From Eubacteriales bacterium (lineage in GTDB: Bacteria > Bacillota > Clostridia > Oscillospirales > UMGS1783), in contig JAZQIZ010000009.1 in assembly GCA_045541395.1 (NCBI GenBank), positions 20,302-84,301 on the forward strand: 64,000 nucleotides of DNA, in the 5' to 3' direction. Shown here piece by piece: positions 58,728 to 64,000 of the stretch; the first letter of the stretch is position 1; each line of letters opens with the position of its first letter. The notes under the pieces are model-generated. The model was not told the origin of the DNA, searched no databases, and saw only the letters and a list, made by a program, of their open reading frames with translations. A program made the translations under genes and the position numbers.

Positions 58728-59624
58728 TTAATACTCCGTTTTAACGTCTATGATCTTACCGTCGGATGTAACAGTAACCGTTCCCTGTTCGTCGGTACGG
58801 TATATCTTTGCGTTGGCATTCTCAAATCTGGACATTGCCTCCCAATGAGGGTGACCGTAATCATTATCAACACCGCAGGAAATAACAACTATTTTGGGGT
58901 TAACCCTACCCATAAATTCCTCGCAGGAGGAGGTACTACTTCCGTGATGGCCTGCTTTAAGAACATCGGCACTTATATCTCCCTCAATAAGAAGTTCCGA
59001 TTCCTTTTCGGCATCTCCTGTAAACAGGAATGAGTTATTCCCGTAAGTAAGCTTACAAACTACCGACCACGCATTATGATCGTCACCATACTCTTCTGCA
59101 TATTCGGCAATAGGGGAAAGGACAGTCATTTCAAGGCCTTCCTCATTAATTATTTCCACACCGGCTTCTGCCTTGAAAACCTCCGCTCCGTTCAATTCAA
59201 GAGCATCAAGCATCTTTTCAAAGGTTTTTGTGGTTGCGGTATCTTCAGGCAAATAAAAGTTTTTTACAGGGAATGTGTTAAGTACACCATCCATACCGCC
59301 AATATGGTCCTCATGGGGGTGAGTTGCGATCACGTAATCAATTTCTTTATAACCAAGCTCCGCTATGTAATCAATAACCGTTTGCTCTTGTGAGTTGGTA
59401 CTTGCATCAATAAGCATTGTGCGTTTTTGGGGTAATTCAATAAAAATGGCATCACCCTGATCTGCATTTATATAATGGACCGCAAGGGTATCTGTTAAAC
59501 CCTGAGCAACCTCATTTTTCTCGTTTTCCTCAATTTGAGTCATAACGTATGAAGCGATCGCAAGTATTATTACAAGTATTATAGATAATATTTTTTTCTT
59601 TTGAGCTTTAGTTAACTGAGCCAT
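58728..59624 (-). CDS. ComEC/Rec2-type MBL-fold hydrolase, membrane anchored
   Basis: QGDA, THPHEDHIGG, FTGDAE, GHHGS, NDYGHPH and RTD..GT motifs. Confidence 0.88.
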   Translation of the reverse strand: MAQLTKAQKKKILSIILVIILAIASYVMTQIEENEKNEVAQGLTDTLAVHYINADQGDAIFIELPQKRTMLIDASTNSQEQTVIDYIAELGYKEIDYVIATHPHEDHIGGMDGVLNTFPVKNFYLPEDTATTKTFEKMLDALELNGAEVFKAEAGVEIINEEGLEMTVLSPIAEYAEEYGDDHNAWSVVCKLTYGNNSFLFTGDAEKESELLIEGDISADVLKAGHHGSSTSSCEEFMGRVNPKIVVISCGVDNDYGHPHWEAMSRFENANAKIYRTDEQGTVTVTSDGKIIDVKTEY

Positions 59625-59699
59625 TTTTAACCTCCGGAAGTTTAGTGTATTTAGTTTACAATATTTTTATGTTTTTTTCAATATTCAAAAAGTTTTTTA

Positions 59700-59728
59700 T
59701 TGCAAAGGGTGTAGGGTAGTGTTATAAT
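59700..59728 (+). promoter_or_regulatory. SigA-type promoter
   Basis: TTGCAA-17 nt-TATAAT with an extended TG. Confidence 0.6.
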
Positions 59729-59758
59729 CAACCTATAACCCTTTAAGGAGGAATCAAA

Positions 59759-60289
59759 ATGTTTTGTTCATCTTGCGGTAATGAAATATCCGAAAATTCA
59801 AAATTTTGCCCTAATTGCGGCGCTCCCGTAGAAGTTGCAACAGAAGAAGTTGTTTATTCTGAGCCTGTACAGGAAGGGGCTCCTGTTTATGAAGAAGCTC
59901 CTCAGCCCGCTCCCGTTTACTCTGCCCCTCAGCCTACATATACAGCTCCTCAAAAGCCTGCAAGCAAAGGCTTGGGTATCGGTGCTATAATCTGTAGTGC
60001 ACTGGCCCTTGTGTTTGCGGCAACCTGTTGCTTAACCCCTGTTGCTGTTATACTCGGTAGCGTTGGTCTTATTCTAGGTATATGTGCTGCTTGTAAAGCT
60101 CATACCAAAACCTTAGGTATAGTTTCTATTATCCTGGGCGTTGCCTCCGTTATCCTCAGTGTACTTATCTTTATATTATCTGCAGGTGTGGCCGGAGAAA
60201 TGGAATCCGAAGGTTTCTATGATGATTTTTATAACAGCTTTGAAGAAGGATTCAATGAAGGATTCAATGAATTTAACGAATTCTATTAA
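59759..60289 (+). CDS. Zinc-ribbon domain membrane protein (DUF4190-like)
   Basis: CSSC...CPNC, Pro-rich linker and TM helices. Confidence 0.75.
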   Translation: MFCSSCGNEISENSKFCPNCGAPVEVATEEVVYSEPVQEGAPVYEEAPQPAPVYSAPQPTYTAPQKPASKGLGIGAIICSALALVFAATCCLTPVAVILGSVGLILGICAACKAHTKTLGIVSIILGVASVILSVLIFILSAGVAGEMESEGFYDDFYNSFEEGFNEGFNEFNEFY

Positions 60290-60290
60290 T

Positions 60291-60319
60291 AAAAAAGCAG
60301 GTGAAAGCCTGCTTTTTTT
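60291..60319 (+). terminator. Intrinsic terminator
   Basis: aaaaaagcagg-tgaaag-cctgctttttt. Confidence 0.8.
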
Positions 60320-60320
60320 A

Positions 60321-60349
60321 TTGACTTTAAACATTTATCAAAGTATACT
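60321..60349 (+). promoter_or_regulatory. SigA-type promoter
   Basis: TTGACT-17 nt-TATACT. Confidence 0.6.
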
Positions 60350-60378
60350 TATCCATAGTAAAATTTCTTGGTGGAGCT

Positions 60379-61215
60379 ATGGAAAGATATAAGCAGATAG
60401 AACGAAGTATTATAACAAAATACCGCAAAACCATATGGAACCGTTTTATAGAAGGCGTGAAAAAATATAAAATGGTAAACGAGGGTGATAAAATAGCCGT
60501 TTGCATTTCCGGCGGCAAGGACTCAATGCTCCTTGCAAAGCTTATGCAGGAATTACAACGCCACGGAGACGCGAAATTTGAACTTGAGTTTATTGTTATG
60601 GACCCCGGATATAACCCTCAAAACCGTCAACGAATAATAGATAATGCGGCTCTTTTGCAGGTGCCTGTAAAGGTGTTTGACAGCCCAATATTCAACACGG
60701 TTGTGAACATTGAAAAGAACCCATGTTATCTCTGCGCCCGTATGCGAAGAGGTTATCTATATGCAAAAGCAAAGGAACTGGGTTGTAACAAAATTGCTTT
60801 AGGTCATCATTTTTCCGATGTTATAGAAACTATAGTTATGGGTATGTTCTATGGAGCTCAGGTTCAAACTATGATGCCCAAGCTTCATTCCACAAACTTT
60901 GAGGGTATGGAACTCATTCGGCCGATGTACTGTGTACATGAGGACCATATAATTGCCTGGAAAAATTATAACAAGCTTGAATTCTTGCAATGCGCCTGCC
61001 GCTTCACCGAAGGTATAGACCAAAGTGGAGACGGAATAGGTGAGTCTAAGCGTCAGCTTGTTAAGGAGCTTATCAGGGAGCTGAGAAAAACTGATAAGCA
61101 AATAGAAATAAATATATTTCGCAGTGTAGAGGACGTAAACCTTTCAACAATTATAGGTTACCACTCAAAGGATAAAGCTTATTGCTTTTTGGATGATTAC
61201 GATGAAAAAATATAA
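60379..61215 (+). CDS. ttcA: TtcA family tRNA thiolation PP-loop ATPase
   Basis: SGGKDS, CYLCARMRRG, ALGHH..D and LIRP motifs. Confidence 0.8.
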   Translation: MERYKQIERSIITKYRKTIWNRFIEGVKKYKMVNEGDKIAVCISGGKDSMLLAKLMQELQRHGDAKFELEFIVMDPGYNPQNRQRIIDNAALLQVPVKVFDSPIFNTVVNIEKNPCYLCARMRRGYLYAKAKELGCNKIALGHHFSDVIETIVMGMFYGAQVQTMMPKLHSTNFEGMELIRPMYCVHEDHIIAWKNYNKLEFLQCACRFTEGIDQSGDGIGESKRQLVKELIRELRKTDKQIEINIFRSVEDVNLSTIIGYHSKDKAYCFLDDYDEKI

Positions 61216-62548
61216 CGATCTTACCGTAGGAAATATAAAAAAGAATATTATTATATTTGCCCTGCCTCTCATTGTCTCAAACATACTGCAGAACCTTTAT
61301 AATGCTGTGGATATGTACTTCGCGGGAAAGTTTTTAGGCACAAATGCCCTTGCGGCGGTTTCGGTCAGCGGTCCTATAATTAACCTCCTTCTCGGTATAA
61401 TTGCAGGTATGTCAATAGGCGTTACCATTATGATAAGCACTTATGTTGGCCATCATGATGAAACTAAGTTGAAAAAAGGGCTTTCCACTGCCATAACGGT
61501 TTATATTATTGCTGCTATTCTTATAACACTTATAGGGTATTTCGGGGCGCCTCTTATGCTGAAATGGACAAATACGCCTACAGAAGCCTACAGAGATGCC
61601 CTTGCTTATATGCGAATTTTATTCTTAGGTATTGTTTTTACTTTGGGCTATAACCTTATCGGGGCAATGCATCGCGGTTTCGGAGATTCTAAGTCCTCTA
61701 TGTTGTTTGTTGTTATTGCCACCTTAATAAACGGTGTGTTGGACTATGTGCTGCTTAAATATACCGATCTTGAAGTAAAGGGTACCGCTATCGCAACTAT
61801 TATTGCGCAGGCTGTTTCCTTTATTATGGGGCTGTTTGTATTTGTTAGAAACGGCCACGGAAAGGGTGTACTTAACCATCTTGGCATAAATAAAGAGGCG
61901 TTAAAGCTTTTGTTTAAAACGGGTTTGCCGGGCGTGCTTCATCAGCTGTGCGTCACCTTCTCAAGTGTTCTCGTTAGCGGTATGGTAAATATCGGCGGTG
62001 TTGCTTCAAGCGCGGCATACGGTATAGGCTTAAAGATACATAGCTTTGCAACCCTGCCTTCCTCTGCTGTATGCGATGCCGAATCCTGCATAGTTTCTCA
62101 AAATTTAGGTGCAGGAAGAATAGACCGAGCCCAAGATGCCATAAAGCACGGAAGAGTTATTTGTGCATGTTGTAATGTTGTAATAACCATAGTGGTGTTC
62201 TCATTAGCAAAGATTTTGGCAGGAATTATGGATTCGAATCCTGAAGTAATAGAAAAGTCAGTAATGTTTATACGTATTATGGCGTTCCAGAGTATAGGTG
62301 AAATAATAGTTCACTCCTATCTTGGTTTCTTCAGAGGAACAAGTAATTCTGTCATAATTCTTGGCAACAGCCTGATCACCCAGTACGTTTTCCGTCAGCC
62401 GGTAACTATGCTGTTTACTTACGTTTTCGGTATGCCTCTCGAGGGCGCTGCAGTTGCCGCTCTCGCTGCTACAGGCGGTACCGCGCTGTTCTACTGGATG
62501 TACTACCGCTCAGGAAGATGGAAAAAGCATCTGCCTGTAATTGAATAA
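61202..62548 (+). CDS. MATE family efflux transporter
   Basis: LQNLYNAVD, RGFGDSK and SQNLGAG motifs. Confidence 0.9.
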   Translation: MKKYNDLTVGNIKKNIIIFALPLIVSNILQNLYNAVDMYFAGKFLGTNALAAVSVSGPIINLLLGIIAGMSIGVTIMISTYVGHHDETKLKKGLSTAITVYIIAAILITLIGYFGAPLMLKWTNTPTEAYRDALAYMRILFLGIVFTLGYNLIGAMHRGFGDSKSSMLFVVIATLINGVLDYVLLKYTDLEVKGTAIATIIAQAVSFIMGLFVFVRNGHGKGVLNHLGINKEALKLLFKTGLPGVLHQLCVTFSSVLVSGMVNIGGVASSAAYGIGLKIHSFATLPSSAVCDAESCIVSQNLGAGRIDRAQDAIKHGRVICACCNVVITIVVFSLAKILAGIMDSNPEVIEKSVMFIRIMAFQSIGEIIVHSYLGFFRGTSNSVIILGNSLITQYVFRQPVTMLFTYVFGMPLEGAAVAALAATGGTALFYWMYYRSGRWKKHLPVIE

Positions 62549-62591
62549 AATTATATCCCTCCGTTAATTATAAAGATGGAGGGATTTATTC

Positions 62592-62747
62592 ATGGAAATA
62601 ATTTTCAATAAGGATCAAGAGGGAAATACTTATAATATTGAAATGACTCAGCAGGCTTTTGAGGAGTATGAAAAATACGTAGAATTCGAAAAAGCTCAAA
62701 ATGAGGAATTTGATGAATTCTTGAATTCCAGGGGAATAAAAATATAA
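62592..62747 (+). CDS. Small acidic hypothetical protein (51 aa), below ORF-track cutoff
   Basis: GGAGG RBS, ATG; MEIIFNKDQEGNTYNIEMTQQAFEEYEKYVEFEKAQNEEFDEFLNSRGIKI*; stop runs into a terminator hairpin. Confidence 0.6.
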   Translation: MEIIFNKDQEGNTYNIEMTQQAFEEYEKYVEFEKAQNEEFDEFLNSRGIKI

Positions 62748-62775
62748 AGCCGCTAACTTGCGGCTTTATGTTTTT
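62744..62775. terminator. Bidirectional terminator
   Basis: ataaagccgc-taactt-gcggctttat between convergent genes. Confidence 0.7.
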
Positions 62776-63070
62776 ATATAAAATATTCAACGCAAAATTG
62801 CGCTATCGCCATGCCTAAGGAGAAAAAGAACATTATAAACATAAGTAAAAGTGAAAGCCAATCGTAGTTTATTTTCTCCCCCTTTGAAATAAAAGCGCCA
62901 ATAAGTAATTCAACACCTATAAGCATCAGTATTACGGGCCAGAACTTGATAATATCGTGCAGTGTTATCAGGTTAAATAAAGAAGCTAAATAAGCCGCTC
63001 CCGCTCCAATAAGAGTAAAGCCCGCAGAGTATCGTCCAACGTAGTATTTTTTAGTTGTCTGTGCTGTCAG
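62774..63070 (-). CDS. Small membrane protein (LiaF/DUF5668-like), probable CTG start
   Basis: 98-aa frame with VGRYSAGFTLIG..., KFWPVILMLIGVELL and three TM helices; AAGGAG 10 nt before CTG; in-frame stop just upstream. Confidence 0.7.
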   Translation of the reverse strand: MTAQTTKKYYVGRYSAGFTLIGAGAAYLASLFNLITLHDIIKFWPVILMLIGVELLIGAFISKGEKINYDWLSLLLMFIMFFFSLGMAIAQFCVEYFI

Positions 63071-63584
63071 TTTTATTTATCTCCTTTTTCTTTTTGCGAA
63101 TAAGGCAAATGCCAACTATAATTACCGTAATAGAAATCGCAATTTTAGGCAAGGCACCAAGAATGTCCACTGCAAAATACGTAAAGTCGCTGTAAGTATG
63201 AGATGTATCGTAAATTATTCCCCACATTCGGTTATATATTTCGCTCCAGAATGAGAAGGCCCCTGCGGCAATAAGTATTATAGCCGCGATCTTTGTTAAC
63301 GAAGAGTTTTTGAACAGATCCGATTTAAAGGGAATAGTGTCCTTCAGCTTGTAGAATTCCTCATCGGAATGATTCATTTTGTTAAGTGAATCAAAGAAAG
63401 AGTAGCACCAAACTACAGGTAATGCAAGATTGATAATATGCAGATCAAATAATGCTCCAAAGAAAATTATCCCGAAAAATGCACCTAAAAATAATAAACC
63501 CGAATTCATGAATCCTTGAAACATTTGCCCTGCTCCGGGACAAATAGAAATAATTACTGTTAATGCTTTATTGCGTCTTTTCAT
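63051..63584 (-). CDS. Membrane protein, probably in an ECF sigma/anti-sigma operon
   Basis: S.CPGAGQMFQG and W.YSFFD motifs, several TM helices. Confidence 0.7.
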   Translation of the reverse strand: MKRRNKALTVIISICPGAGQMFQGFMNSGLLFLGAFFGIIFFGALFDLHIINLALPVVWCYSFFDSLNKMNHSDEEFYKLKDTIPFKSDLFKNSSLTKIAAIILIAAGAFSFWSEIYNRMWGIIYDTSHTYSDFTYFAVDILGALPKIAISITVIIVGICLIRKKKKEINKTDSTDN

Positions 63585-63972
63585 TATTAGCGTCCTCCTT
63601 AAAGGTGAAAAAATCTTTTAATTCGTTTGTGGCCTGATTTATTTTAATTACTGTTGGTATAGTGCCTGTCTTTGGCTCCTTTTTAGGTTTGGGGTTAAGA
63701 ATATTGGTTGTAGCCAGTAAGGTAATTGCTCCAAGGCAGGATAAGCCTATTTTTAAACAATATCTTCTGTATTCCTGTTGTTTCTTGTATTTCGGTGAAT
63801 AAATTACAGCTTTTTTCAGTATTTTCTCACGGGCAGGCAAGGGCAGAGGTAAACTGTACTCTACGCAAATTTGTCCGAAATGCTCGGCGCAAAAGTCGCA
63901 TTGGGAAATATGCTCAAGCTCGGCTGCCGTCAGGCAGGCACTTTTTAGTCTTTCGACAGATACGTGTGTCAT
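63568..63972 (-). CDS. Putative zinc-binding anti-sigma factor (zf-HC2)
   Basis: N-terminal H, HISQCDFC (HxxxCxxC), one TM helix. Confidence 0.65.
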   Translation of the reverse strand: MTHVSVERLKSACLTAAELEHISQCDFCAEHFGQICVEYSLPLPLPAREKILKKAVIYSPKYKKQQEYRRYCLKIGLSCLGAITLLATTNILNPKPKKEPKTGTIPTVIKINQATNELKDFFTFKEDANNEKTQ

Positions 63973-64000
63973 AACTCATCCTCCTTCCATAATTTTTGTA

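Noticed and set aside
62605..62790. 61-aa minus-strand ORF from the track
   Set aside because: No RBS, crosses a terminator, and the + strand 51-aa ORF is better supported.
63969..64000. 3' end of an ECF sigma factor gene (..QKLWKEDEL*) overlapping the anti-sigma ATG
   Set aside because: Plausible from context, but only about 10 codons are visible, too few to call.

Overview
A 64-kb chromosomal segment of a low-GC, spore-forming Firmicute; the gene set and order suggest Clostridia, probably Oscillospiraceae/Ruminococcaceae-like. Most of it is housekeeping: a tandem SDR cluster, DAK2/Asp23, an EF-G paralogue, pgeF with an SbcDC-like pair, ispE, ychF, PBP1A, murT-gatD, spoIIIAA-AH, nusB-xseAB-ispA-dxs-tlyA-nadK-argR-recN, mscL, transporters and ttcA. 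It also carries tRNA-Arg(CCG), tRNA-Pro(CGG) and a T-box riboswitch. The most striking unexplained signal is a ~210-bp non-coding element found directly after the CCA end of BOTH tRNAs (23766-23973 +; 58150-58364 -). Each copy is a hairpin sharing a TTGT..CGACAAGT core, followed by four TGAAAT boxes and four ATTTCA boxes separated by short hairpins. The hairpin sequences differ between copies but their pairing is kept, including one compensatory change at three linked sites. The second copy abuts the promoter of a four-helix-bundle (23S rRNA-IVP/Avd-like) gene that is translationally coupled to a ParB/Srx-like gene. Other notable items: a Tet/EF-G-like GTPase fused to an NYN (YacP/Rae1-like) RNase, an EF-G paralogue with degenerate GTPase motifs, a GatD lacking its catalytic Cys/His, SDRs with Tyr->Phe at the catalytic position, a Tyr-specifier T-box on a PutP-family symporter, and two small genes missed by the ORF track. 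All family calls come from motif recognition by eye; no database searches were run.
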